From: an uncultured Actinomycetes bacterium
GTDB lineage: Bacteria > Actinomycetota > Actinomycetes > S36-B12 > GCA-2699445
Assembly: GCA_964510455.1 (NCBI GenBank)
Contig: CAZECO010000003.1
Location: forward strand, 1-61,592
Direction: 5' to 3'
DNA: 61,592 nt
The notes below the pieces were generated by a model. The model saw only the letters and a list, made by a program, of their open reading frames with translations. It was not told the DNA's origin and did not search any database. This document shows positions 35,920 through 45,316 of the stretch, in pieces. Numbering within the stretch: position 1 is the first letter of the stretch; each line of letters starts with the position of its first letter. The position numbers and the translations under genes were made by a program.

Positions 35920-36495
35920 TCAGTCCGACCCGTCGCGGGCGCGCCGGTAGCGCTCGAAGATCACCCGCGAGCCGAAAGTCCTGGTCTCGATCAAGTCGAG
36001 CCGGATGTCTTCGGCGACCGGCGGCAGGAAGGGCGTGCCGCCACCGACGACGACCGGATAGCGGAACATGCGCAGCTCGTCGACGAGGCCGAGCTCGATC
36101 GCCGCCGCGGCAAGGCCGGCCCCGCCGATCTCGACGTCCTTGTCGGTCGCGCCGAGCGCCGCAGCAGCCTCCGCGGCCAGCGATCCCCCGGCGAGCCGGG
36201 CATTGCCCTGAACACTGTCGAGCGTGCGGCTGAAGACGACCTTCGGGATCGCGCACCAGAGGTCGGCGAACGCGGCGTCGAGCTCGTTCTCGCGCATCGA
36301 CGGATCGGAGTCCCACACCAGCATGGTCTCGTACAGCCTGCGACCCAACAGAGCGCCGCCAATCTCGCGGGTCTGCTCGATGTGGAAGCGGAACAGCTCC
36401 TCGTCAGGGACCGACCATTCGAACCCGCCTTCGCGGTCGGCGATGAAGCCGTCGACCGAGACGCCCATCGAGTACAGCAGCATGGATTCGAGCAT
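35920..36495 (-). CDS. Dihydrofolate reductase-like (RibD C-terminal) protein
   Basis: 'YSMGVSVDGFI', 'LLGRRLYE', 'PKVVFSRTL' and 'GLVDELRMFRYPVVVGGG'; start codon uncertain. Confidence 0.9.
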   Translation of the reverse strand: MLESMLLYSMGVSVDGFIADREGGFEWSVPDEELFRFHIEQTREIGGALLGRRLYETMLVWDSDPSMRENELDAAFADLWCAIPKVVFSRTLDSVQGNARLAGGSLAAEAAAALGATDKDVEIGGAGLAAAAIELGLVDELRMFRYPVVVGGGTPFLPPVAEDIRLDLIETRTFGSRVIFERYRRARDGSD

Positions 36496-36880
36496 ATAGC
36501 GCGAGAGCGGGCGGTGATCGCGATGAAGTTCGCCGTTGGGCCGGCATCTGGGCTCGCCTTCCTGCCTTGGCGGACCGGACGCGAGATCCCAGCGATCGAG
36601 CTGCCATAGCCAAAGCCGCCGAGATCCCGGCAAGACCACCCTCACCGGAACCCTGCTGTGGACGGCTCAACACGCCCGCCGTGTTTGGGTTCCGCCTGCC
36701 GCATACGGGGAGCGGACCCCCAACACGACGGCCCCGGACCATCCCCCGCTGAGAGGGCTCCGAACTCCGCCACCCGCGACCCCATGGAGGCCCGTTCGCT
36801 CTGAAGGACCGCAACTCACCGCCCCGGAAACTATTCGGCGTCCTCGTCGCAGCAGGTCACAAAGGGGTGGCACGAGTCGA

Positions 36881-36928
36881 CCCGGTGACCATCGCGGCAG
36901 TCCAAGCTGTCACAGGCGCGACAATAGG
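36881..36928 (-). repeat. Diverged duplicate of the mobA 5' end and promoter (matches 35857-35904)
   Basis: CCTATTGTCG(C/G)GCCT GTG, then [11 protein letters not shown] versus mobA MTAWTAVILTG, with synonymous third-position changes. Confidence 0.75.
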
Positions 36929-36947
36929 GCTGTCGAAGGGATCTCAT

Positions 36948-37409
36948 ATGACCGACCTGACGCATCTCGACGCTGCCGGCCACGCGCGGATGGTCGATGT
37001 GGCGCAACGGGCGGTCACCGCGCGCACCGCCGTCGCCACCGGTGTCGTGCGGACGACGGCGGCATCGATGATCGCGGCCGGCACCGTGCCGAAGGGCGAT
37101 GTGCTGGCGAGCGCCCGGATCGCGGGAATCATGGGCGCCAAGCGCACACCCGATCTGATCCCGCTGTGCCACCCGATCGCTGTCCACGGGGTCACGGTGG
37201 ACCTGGCGGTCGTCGACGACGAGGTCCGCATCACCGCGCAAGTGCGGACCGCTGATCGCACCGGGGTGGAGATGGAGGCCCTGACCGCGGTGGCCGTGGC
37301 GGGGCTGACCGTGATCGACATGATCAAGGCGGTGGATCCCGCCGCATCGCTGGAGGCCGTGCGGGTGGAGTCCAAGGACGGCGGCCGCAGCGGGCGGTGG
37401 CAGCGATGA
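36948..37409 (+). CDS. moaC: Cyclic pyranopterin monophosphate synthase
   Basis: '[15 protein letters not shown]', 'LIPLCH' and 'TGVEMEAL'. Confidence 0.96.
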   Translation: MTDLTHLDAAGHARMVDVAQRAVTARTAVATGVVRTTAASMIAAGTVPKGDVLASARIAGIMGAKRTPDLIPLCHPIAVHGVTVDLAVVDDEVRITAQVRTADRTGVEMEALTAVAVAGLTVIDMIKAVDPAASLEAVRVESKDGGRSGRWQR

Positions 37410-38323
37410 GGGCTGCCGTGATCACCTGCTCGGACTCGGTGGCCGCCGGCCGTAACCACGACGACTCCGGCGCTGCTGCCGCTGCTGCCCTGCGCGGCCT
37501 CGGCTGGACGGTCGGGGACGTGGATGCGGTGGCCGACGAGGCGGCGACGATCGCAACAGCGGTGCGCCGGGCCATCAGCGACGGGGCCCGGGTCGTGGTG
37601 ACCAACGGCGGCACCGGGCTCGGCCCGCGCGACGTGACAGTGCTGACCGTGGCAGGGCTCGGCGGCGTGGTCGTGCCCGGGATAGGCGAGGCGATCCGGG
37701 CGGCATCCCGCGGAGGTGTGCCCACGGCGGACCTGTCGCGGGCGGGGGCGTACCAGGTCGGGTCCGCGCTGGTGCTGTGCCTGCCCGGCAGCCCGGGCGG
37801 CGTGGCCGACGGGATGGCGGTCGCCGGGCCGCTGCTGGAGCATGCGGTGTCGATGATGGACGGCGGGGGGCACGTCGCTCATCTGCTACCCGACCCTCGG
37901 CCGGTCGAACCCCGCAGGGCGGTGCTGACCGACGCTTCGATCGACCTGGCATCCCTGGTGGATGCGGTGGCCAGAGACGCCGCGGGCGCCGTGATCACCT
38001 TCGAGGGCAGGGTCCGCAACACCGACCACGGCCGGCAGGTCGCGTCCCTCAGCTATGAGGCGCACCCCGACGCTCAGCGGGTGCTGGCGCAGATCGTCGC
38101 GCGGGCCGAGCGCCAGCGGAAGGTGCTCGTCGCCGCGGCCGCGCATCGCACCGGGGAGTTGCGGATCGGTGACCTGGCGTTCGCCGCAGTGGTTGCGACG
38201 CCGCACCGTCGGGAGGGCTTCGCGGCGCTGTCGTGGTTGGTCGATGAGGTGAAGAGCGAACTGCCGGTGTGGAAGCTGCAGGTGTTCGCCGATGGGACGC
38301 GGGAATGGGTGAACTGCGCATGA
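37406..38323 (+). CDS. moaE: MoaB/Mog domain fused to molybdopterin synthase catalytic subunit MoaE
   Basis: N-terminal '[13 protein letters not shown]' and 'LPGSPGG'; C-terminal '[27 protein letters not shown]'. Confidence 0.9.
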   Translation: MRAAVITCSDSVAAGRNHDDSGAAAAAALRGLGWTVGDVDAVADEAATIATAVRRAISDGARVVVTNGGTGLGPRDVTVLTVAGLGGVVVPGIGEAIRAASRGGVPTADLSRAGAYQVGSALVLCLPGSPGGVADGMAVAGPLLEHAVSMMDGGGHVAHLLPDPRPVEPRRAVLTDASIDLASLVDAVARDAAGAVITFEGRVRNTDHGRQVASLSYEAHPDAQRVLAQIVARAERQRKVLVAAAAHRTGELRIGDLAFAAVVATPHRREGFAALSWLVDEVKSELPVWKLQVFADGTREWVNCA

Positions 38324-39309
38324 GCGGATTCGTCGACGGCTACGGCCGGGTCCACGCCGATCTGCGGGTGTCTCTGACGGACCGCTGCTCGTTGCGGTGC
38401 ACGTACTGCATGCCCGCGGAGGGGCTGCCGTGGCTGCCCGGGGCGGACCTGCTCTCGACCCCGGAGCTGCTGCGGCTGGTGACCATCGCGGTGTCGCAGG
38501 GCGTGCGCAGCATCCGGCTGACCGGCGGAGAGCCGTTGCTGCGGCCCGATGTGGTGCAGATCGTGCGGGCGATCGCGTCCCTGCCGCAGCGGCCGTCGGT
38601 CTCGCTGACGACCAACGGCCTGCGCTTGCCGGGTCTGGCGGCGCCGCTGGCGGACGCCGGCCTCCGCCGGGTGAACGTCAGTCTGGACACCTTGAATCGG
38701 GAGACGTTCAAGCGCCTGGCGCACCGGGATCGGCTCGTGGACACGCTGGCGGGCATCGCGGCCGCCCAGGTGGCGGGATTGCATCCGGTGAAGATCAATG
38801 CGGTCCTGATCCGCGGCGTCAACGACCATCAGGCGCCTGACCTGCTGCGCTGGGCACTGGCGGAAGGCCTGTCCCTACGGTTTATCGAGCAGATGCCGCT
38901 GGATCCGCAGCACGGCTGGAACCGTGCGGACATGGTGACGGGCGATGAGATCCGGGCGCGGTTGGCCGAGGCCGGCTTCCTCCTCACGCCGGGGGACGGC
39001 CGTGGCAGCGCACCTGCGGAGGAATTCCTGGTCGACGCGGGCCCCGCGACCGTCGGCATCGTGGCCTCGGTGACGGCGCCGTTCTGCGGCGACTGCAACC
39101 GGGTTCGGCTCACCGCCGATGGCCAGTGGCGCAACTGCCTGTTCGCCCGGTCCGAGACGGACCTCCGCACTCCGATCCGCGAGGGCGCCTCAGATGCGGA
39201 TCTGGCCCTGGTGATGCGGCTCGGTGTGGCTGGCAAGGCGGCGGCCCACGGCATCGATGACCCTTCGTTCGCGCAGCCGCAGCGTCCCATGTCGGCGATC
39301 GGGGGCTGA
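38320..39309 (+). CDS. moaA: GTP 3',8-cyclase
   Basis: 'LRVSLTDRCSLRCTYC', 'PFCGDCNRVRLTADG..RNCLF' and C-terminal 'MSAIGG'. Confidence 0.97.
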   Translation: MSGFVDGYGRVHADLRVSLTDRCSLRCTYCMPAEGLPWLPGADLLSTPELLRLVTIAVSQGVRSIRLTGGEPLLRPDVVQIVRAIASLPQRPSVSLTTNGLRLPGLAAPLADAGLRRVNVSLDTLNRETFKRLAHRDRLVDTLAGIAAAQVAGLHPVKINAVLIRGVNDHQAPDLLRWALAEGLSLRFIEQMPLDPQHGWNRADMVTGDEIRARLAEAGFLLTPGDGRGSAPAEEFLVDAGPATVGIVASVTAPFCGDCNRVRLTADGQWRNCLFARSETDLRTPIREGASDADLALVMRLGVAGKAAAHGIDDPSFAQPQRPMSAIGG

Positions 39310-39312
39310 ACG

Positions 39313-39567
39313 ATGGTGACGGTGCGCCTGTTCGCGGCGGCCCGCGAGGCCCTCGGAGCGGCGGAGGTCGAGGTCCCGCACGGACCGGTCCGCGACGTGT
39401 GCTCGCGGATCGAGGGGTCGGTGGAGGCGCAGCGGCGCCCTCGGGTCGCCGCGGTGCTGGCGATGAGCACGCTGCTGTGCGACGGGGTCCGCCACCGGGC
39501 AGCAGATGACGCAATGCTGCCTGCCGGGTCGGTCCTCGACGTCCTGCCGCCGTTTGCCGGGGGGTGA
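39313..39567 (+). CDS. moaD: MoaD/ThiS sulfur carrier
   Basis: 'VRLFAAARE' and C-terminal 'DVLPPFAGG'. Confidence 0.93.
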   Translation: MVTVRLFAAAREALGAAEVEVPHGPVRDVCSRIEGSVEAQRRPRVAAVLAMSTLLCDGVRHRAADDAMLPAGSVLDVLPPFAGG

Positions 39568-39569
39568 CG

Positions 39570-40718
39570 ATGACCGCGACGCTCGAAGCACCCGTGGCCG
39601 TGCAAACGTCATGGTGGCGGGAGGCCGGGGGATCGGTGGCCGACCTCGGGGTGCTGATCCCGATCGCGGTTGCGCTCATCGTCGCCAACGGGTTGTCGGT
39701 CACGGCGGTGCTGCTGCCCGCCGGTTGTGCCTATCTATTGGTCGCCCGCGTCTACCGGGTTCCCGTCGCAGTTCAGCCGTTGAAGGCGTTCGGCGCGTTG
39801 GCCATCGCAGTGGGGGCGGGAGTAGATCTGATCGCCGCGGGTGCGCTCCTGATGGGCGTCCTCTTCATCGGCCTCGGTGCCAGCGGGGCCGTGGACCGGC
39901 TTGCGAAGTTCTTCCCCCTTCCGGTCATCAGAGGAGTCCAGTTGGCGGTCGGGCTGACGTTCGGCAAGATCGCGTGGGGACTCATCACAAACCCGCCAGC
40001 CAACTTCTCGCACCAACCGCCGCAGACCTTGGTCGCGCTGGGCGCGGTGATCGGGGTTGCGCTGCTCCTGATGTGGCGTGGTGCGGCCGCCCTGGCGCTG
40101 GTCGCCGCCGGATTGGGGATCGCGATCATCGTGAGCATCGACTCCCTCGGCGTCGGGCTCGGTCCGACAGCCCTGGCAGTGCCCTCGATCGACTGGCAGA
40201 CGCTGGGTCTCGCCCTGACGCTCTTGGTGCTGCCGCAGGTGCCGTTGACGTTCGCCAACTCGTGCCTGGCTCCGGCCGACGCGGCCGCGGCGTACTACGG
40301 GCCAGCCGCAGCCGCGGTGCGACCCGGTCGCCTCGCGCTCACACTCGGCGGGACCAACGTGGCGGTGGCGGCGATCGGCGGGATGCCGTTGTGCCACGGC
40401 GCAGGAGGAATGAGCGCGCACTACGCGTTCGGCGCACGGACGTGGCGAGCCCCGGTGATCATCGGGTCCGCGCTCGTAGCGGCGTCCCTGCTGCTGGCCG
40501 CCCCCCTTGCGGTTGTGCTGCGATCCTTCCCGTTGCCCGTCTTGGCTGCGCTACTCGTCGTGGCAGGCGTCACGCATGCCCAACTGGTACGCGACGTTCG
40601 AGGGCCGGTCCCGTGGATGGTAGTCCTCGGCATAGGCCTGGCGGGACTGTTCGGATACCTGCTGTGGGGCGTGCTCGTCGGGGTGGTCATCACGGCGATC
40701 AGGAGGCGTGTCCCGTGA
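39570..40718 (+). CDS. Putative molybdate transporter (MOT1-like)
   Basis: 'ADLGVLIP', 'PVAVQPLKA', 'LPQVPLTFANS' and 'GMPLCHGAGGMSAHYAFGAR'; last gene of the moa operon. Confidence 0.8.
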   Translation: MTATLEAPVAVQTSWWREAGGSVADLGVLIPIAVALIVANGLSVTAVLLPAGCAYLLVARVYRVPVAVQPLKAFGALAIAVGAGVDLIAAGALLMGVLFIGLGASGAVDRLAKFFPLPVIRGVQLAVGLTFGKIAWGLITNPPANFSHQPPQTLVALGAVIGVALLLMWRGAAALALVAAGLGIAIIVSIDSLGVGLGPTALAVPSIDWQTLGLALTLLVLPQVPLTFANSCLAPADAAAAYYGPAAAAVRPGRLALTLGGTNVAVAAIGGMPLCHGAGGMSAHYAFGARTWRAPVIIGSALVAASLLLAAPLAVVLRSFPLPVLAALLVVAGVTHAQLVRDVRGPVPWMVVLGIGLAGLFGYLLWGVLVGVVITAIRRRVP

Positions 40719-40850
40719 AGGCGCCCTGCGACGGGTAAGGCAGGTGCGGCCGAGCACTTGGGGACAGTAGCGAACAGGCGGTGTCGGGAAACCGTTGCAG
40801 TACTTCACCGGCTGTGTGTCCCCATTCAGCCTCGAAGCCCTGAGCAGCAC

Positions 40851-41011
40851 TGCCCACGCCGGCCTGAAGGCCGCGATCAACACGGTGCTACAGGGAGCGG
40901 CCGGGCAGCGGTCATCCGTGACATGGGAAAGTGGCAGTCCTGCGGCCAGCATCGCAGCTGGCGGGATGGCCCCCCTGGCTCACCTCCGCCGTTGGGAGAG
41001 GACCTTGGCAA
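40851..41011 (+). repeat. Partial copy of the repeat's right part (IS256 fragment; matches 9016-9175)
   Basis: Near-identical from 'CTGAAGGCCGCGATCAACACGG' to 'GGACCTTGGCAA'. Confidence 0.85.
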
Positions 41012-41012
41012 G

Positions 41013-41150
41013 CATGATCGACAAGGACGTGACATTGACTCGGTTCGCCGGGATCGGCTGGGGTGGTGAGCACCACCAGTTCTGTGTGGTCGACACCACG
41101 GGTACCAGGCTCACCCAGCTGTGGGGCACCCACGACCTCGCCGGGCGAGC
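41013..41150 (+). pseudogene. Possible IS110 transposase N-terminal fragment
   Basis: 'RFAGIGWGGEHHQFCVVD' resembles the IS110 'GIDW..EHH..CVVD' start. Confidence 0.45.
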
Positions 41151-41299
41151 CGACGTGGACAGAGAACTGACCCGGTCCGCCCCACTGATGCTGGATCGCG
41201 AGCGAACGAAGCGAAGGGCTGCTCATCGAGCACTTGCAGGTCCGCGGGCACGCCGTGTTCCCAGTCTCGCTGCGATTCCCTTGGTGGCCCGAGCCTGCT

Positions 41300-41935
41300 C
41301 GAGCAGGTGCAGCGAATCGAAGCGCTGCTGGAAGCAGCCAACGATCGAGTCACGCTGGGCGGGGCCTTCGCCGAGCGCGTCGTTCGCCAGCTCCCGGCGC
41401 GAGCTGCACGCGAGGCCGTCCTCAACGGAGTGGTTCACCGGGACTGGAACCTCCACGATCCAACGACCGTGACCTGGGTCGAGGCCGATGTCTCTCTGAC
41501 CGTTGTCTCCCCTGGCGGGTTCGTCGGCGGCGTGAACGCGGACAACGTGCTGACCCAGCGGTTCAGCCGCTCGCCCGCACTGGCCGATGCGATCCGGGCC
41601 CTCGGACTCGTGGACAAGCAGGGCATTGGCGTGGACCGCATGTACCGGGAGATGGTCACCCTCGGCCACCGCTCCTCGTCGAAGAACCCGGACCACGGGT
41701 CCGGGCACGCCTGGTTGGGGGGTCCCCGGTGGTGCCCATCATGCGTCTGACCTCCCGCATCCAGCCTGGTGCCCGGCAACGAGACGTTCAGATCGCCCTC
41801 ATCGTGTTCATCCTCCTGCATCAGCCGTTCACGACCCCCGATCACATGGCCACGGTGCTACAACGCACGCTCGGCGAAGCCGAGGAAGCCCTGGACAGCG
41901 CCAGCCGGTGCGTCATCGATGAGCAACCCGTCATC
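41300..41935 (+). pseudogene. Fragment of an ATP-binding protein with a RecG-C-terminal/HATPase_c_4-like domain
   Basis: 'AREAVLNGVVHRDW', 'VVSPGGF..V' and 'LGLVDKQGIGVDRMY'; no N-terminus and frameshifted. Confidence 0.7.
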
Positions 41936-41939
41936 GACC

Positions 41940-42650
41940 CCTGCGTCGTCAACGGGGCCAAGACGTTCATCACCTCCGGCGTCCGTGGCGACTTCGTCAC
42001 CACGGCGGTCCGTACTGGTGGGCCAGGCTTCGGCGGCATCAGCCTGCTGGTCATCGAGCAGGGCACGCCCGGCTTCACGGTCGCCCGGCCGCCGCAGAAG
42101 ATGGGCTGGCACTGCTCGGACACCGCCGAGCTCAGCTTCACCGACCTTCGAGCCCCCGCGGGCCAACCTCATCGGGGAGGAGAACGGCGGGTTCGTGCTG
42201 CTCATGCAGAAGCCCGTCGACGAACGCCTCGGCCTGGCGGTCCAGGGATACGCCACCGCGCAGCGCGCCCTCGACCTGGCCGTCCGCTACGCCAGGGCCC
42301 GCGATACCTTCGGCAAGCCGCTGGCCAGCCGACAGCTGATCCGGCACAAGCTCGTGGAGATGCATCGGCGCACCCATGCCGCTCGCACCGTGACCCGCGT
42401 CGCGATCGAGCGATCGCTGGAGCCTCCCGCCACGGATCGCGGGGTGACCCGCGACGCCGTCATGGCCAAGAACACGGCCGTGGAGGCGGTGGAGTGGGTG
42501 GTCAGCGAATCGGTCCAGATCCACGGCGGCACGGGCTATATGCGCGAATCCGAGATCGACCGCCACTACCGTGACGCCCGCATCCTGGGCATCGGCGGCG
42601 GCGCCACGGAGGTCCTGACCGAACTCGCCGCGAAGCCCCTCGGATACTGA
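41940..42650 (+). pseudogene. Acyl-CoA dehydrogenase C-terminal part, frameshifted
   Basis: 'VNGAKTFITSG', 'KMGWHCSDTAELSF' and 'QIHGGTGYMRESEIDRHYRDARILGIGGGATE'. Confidence 0.85.
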
Positions 42651-42910
42651 GCGACCACCTACCCGGGACGGGGCCGAAGTGCTGCGCGATCGCGATCAGG
42701 GCCATGAACCGCCGGGTTCCGGTGGGCGATCATCTGCGACCCGCTGTTCAACACCGCGCGCAGCAGCGGTGTCAGACCGGCGTCGGCGTCAGGATCGATC
42801 CGCCCCGATGCCGCCAGGGCCATCGCCTGGTCCAGGATGCCGCGGCCTGGGCCTGGGTCGTGGTCTCCTCCGAGGAGACCAGATGGATCAACACTTGCGT
42901 GACACCAGAT

Positions 42911-43110
42911 CCCGGCTGATCGTCGACCGGCCCACCCCCGCGGTCTCCGCGGCCGCGTTGACCGTGGTCTCACCACGGACCAACTGCAACCAGATCTCGC
43001 ACTTCACCGACGGCGCCAACAACTTCTTCACCCGCTGCTGCGGGCCGCCGCACTCGCCGGGACATCCTGGCTCGGACTACTCATCGACACTCACTTTCGG
43101 GTCAGGCAGA
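42911..43110 (-). pseudogene. IS3-like OrfA fragment
   Basis: 'VKKLLAPSVKCEIWLQLVRGETTVNAAAETAGVGRSTI', an HTH, ending abruptly. Confidence 0.45.
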
Positions 43111-43335
43111 GACCCTTACAGCGTGGTCTGATCCAACCCGCGAAATGCGACACGATCCCTGACGGAAGGCCGGTGCGCGTGTGCGTGCGGTGCGTGTTTC
43201 GTTGAGTGTGGCTGTACTTGTGCGTGTCGGGCGAAACTTGCCGTGCATGGCCAACGGCAGGGCATGATGGATGCGAGCGGCCCGCGGTGGCGTGGCCTGC
43301 TCGTAGTCCGAGCGCCTTCGAGGCCAGGAGGATTC

Positions 43336-44241
43336 ATGACGGGCCACACCGAACCCGACATCGGCGTTGGGCGTGTCCCGCGCGTGCTGGTCGGCTACGA
43401 CGGCTCACCAGCCGCGGCGGAGGCGATCACCGTCGGCGCCTCGCTGCTGCCTGGGGCCACGGCGTGGGTCGCTTATCTGTGGTCGCCGCCCTTCGCGAGC
43501 CCAGAACTGTTCGCGCGGCTGCGACGAAGGGCCCGCAACCTGAATGAGCTCATCGAACTCGTAGAGGCACAGGGCGGCGCCGAGGCGAAGCGCCTGGTCG
43601 CGACCGGGGTCGCCGTGGCCCGGGCCAACGTATGGTCCGCAGACAGCGTGGTGCGCCGAACGTTGGGCGGTGCGGGCCTCGAGATGGCGGCACTGGCCGA
43701 GGAACTCGAGGCTGACGTCATCGTTGTCGGCTCCCGGGGGCTCGGCGGCCGCCGGGCCGTGCTCGGCAGCGTGTCCGAAGTCATCGTGCACTACAGCACG
43801 ACCCCAGTCCTGGTCGTGCCCCGCCCGCTGGCCACCACCGCCTACGATGCGCTCGCCGCCGGTCCCCTCGTGGTCGGCTGGGACGACTCGCCAGGGGGGA
43901 ACGTCGCCCTGGCATCGGCAGCCGAGCTGTTTCCCGACCGCGAGCTGATCGTCGTCGAGGTCCGTTCCCAGGACGACGAGGAGGACCTCCGACAGCCGGA
44001 CGAGCTTCCAGCGCGGGCTCGCTTCGTCCGACTGCCGCTGATCAACCGGATCGGGTACGGCCGGGCTGTCGCCGAGCAGTTGGACACCATCGCAGACGAG
44101 CGCGCCGCTGCGGCCATCGTCGTCGGGTCACGAGGCCGCGGCGCCATGCGAGAACTCCTGCTCGGCAGCGTGGCCAAGGCGACTCTCCACAACGTCCGGC
44201 GGCCAGTCCTCGTTGCACCCCAGCCTCGGTACGAGGGCTAG
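43336..44241 (+). CDS. Tandem universal stress protein
   Basis: Two USP domains ('VLVGYDGS', 'VIVVGSRG.G...LGSVS', 'LVVGWDDS' and 'IVVGSRGRG..LLLGSVA'); AGGAGG RBS. Confidence 0.93.
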   Translation: MTGHTEPDIGVGRVPRVLVGYDGSPAAAEAITVGASLLPGATAWVAYLWSPPFASPELFARLRRRARNLNELIELVEAQGGAEAKRLVATGVAVARANVWSADSVVRRTLGGAGLEMAALAEELEADVIVVGSRGLGGRRAVLGSVSEVIVHYSTTPVLVVPRPLATTAYDALAAGPLVVGWDDSPGGNVALASAAELFPDRELIVVEVRSQDDEEDLRQPDELPARARFVRLPLINRIGYGRAVAEQLDTIADERAAAAIVVGSRGRGAMRELLLGSVAKATLHNVRRPVLVAPQPRYEG

Positions 44242-44333
44242 TTCCGCTGCCGGGACCCCGAATCAGCACCGCAGGCACGGGGTGGGTTCGAGGCGCGCCG
44301 GGGTGCGCGCACCTATCTCACCTGGGCCGGGCT

Positions 44334-45310
44334 GGGGCGTGTCTGCCTGTTCCAGTGGGGATGGTCCGGGATTGTTGGGTCATGTCGCGTCCTGCTTCCG
44401 ATGCTCAGTGGGCTCGGATCGAGCCGTTGATGCCGTCTTCCCAGGGGCGGCGCGGTCGTCCGTGGCGTAATCACCGGCAGGTGTTGGAGGGCATCCTCTG
44501 CCGGTTCCGGACCGGGATCCCGTGGCACGATGTGCCCGCCGACGGGCCGTGGACCACCGTGTGGGAGCGCCACGACCGGTTCAGCGACAACGGAACTTAC
44601 GACAGGACCCCTGGCCGCCTGTCGCCGAGGCTGACGCCGTGGGCGACCTGGACTGGATGGGCAGTGTGGACACCACGATCAACCGTGCCCATCAGCGTGC
44701 CACCAACCGCAGCCGGGTCGAACGGCCCGCGGGCCTCACGGGGGTGAATCGAACTCCAAGAGTTCGGCCGCCGAGCCGGCTCGTGAGCCGCTCGACCATG
44801 CGATCGGGCGTTCTCGCGGGGCCTCTCGACCAAGATCCACAGCTCGTCGACGGCCAGAAGCGCCCGCTGGTCATCGCGTTCACTGCGGGCCAAGCCGGCG
44901 ATTCCCCGGATGCTCAAGCACCTGCTGGCCGACCTTGCGGCGCCCCAACTCACCGCCACCGGGCAGCCCGCGCCGGGTCGTACCGGGCCACGCCCCGGGC
45001 GCTGCTCGGCGACAAGGCCTACTCCTCGCGCGGCACCCGGCAGATGGTGTCGGCCAGGGGCCTCAAGGCCGTCATCCCTCAGCGCGCCGACGAGGTCTGC
45101 CATCTCCTCGACCGTGGCTCGGCCGGGGGCAGACCACCCGGGCTTCGACCCCGTCGCCTACAAAAGGCGCAACACCGTGGAGCGATCCTTCAACGACACA
45201 AACCGACGCGCGGCGTGGCCACCGCTAAGAGAAACTCGCCACCAACTACCGAGGAGGCTTCGTTCCGCGCCCCATCGTCATCTGGATCAACGAATTGCCG
45301 GACACGCCTA
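44334..45310 (+). mobile_element. IS5-family element with a multiply frameshifted transposase
   Basis: 'SDAQWARIEPLMP...GRPWRNHRQVLEGIL..FRTGIPW', 'LLGDKAYSS' and 'YKRRNTVERSF'; inverted ends GGCGTGTC (44336) and GACACGCC (45301). Confidence 0.85.
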
Positions 45311-45316
45311 GCGGTA

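Noticed and set aside
37406-38323. MoaB-MoaE and MobA-DUF6457 fusions as novelties
   Set aside because: Fusions of Moco genes are common in Actinobacteria.
42659-42900. TetR-like C-terminal fragment
   Set aside because: The sequence looks protein-like but is too short and lacks a motif to assign.
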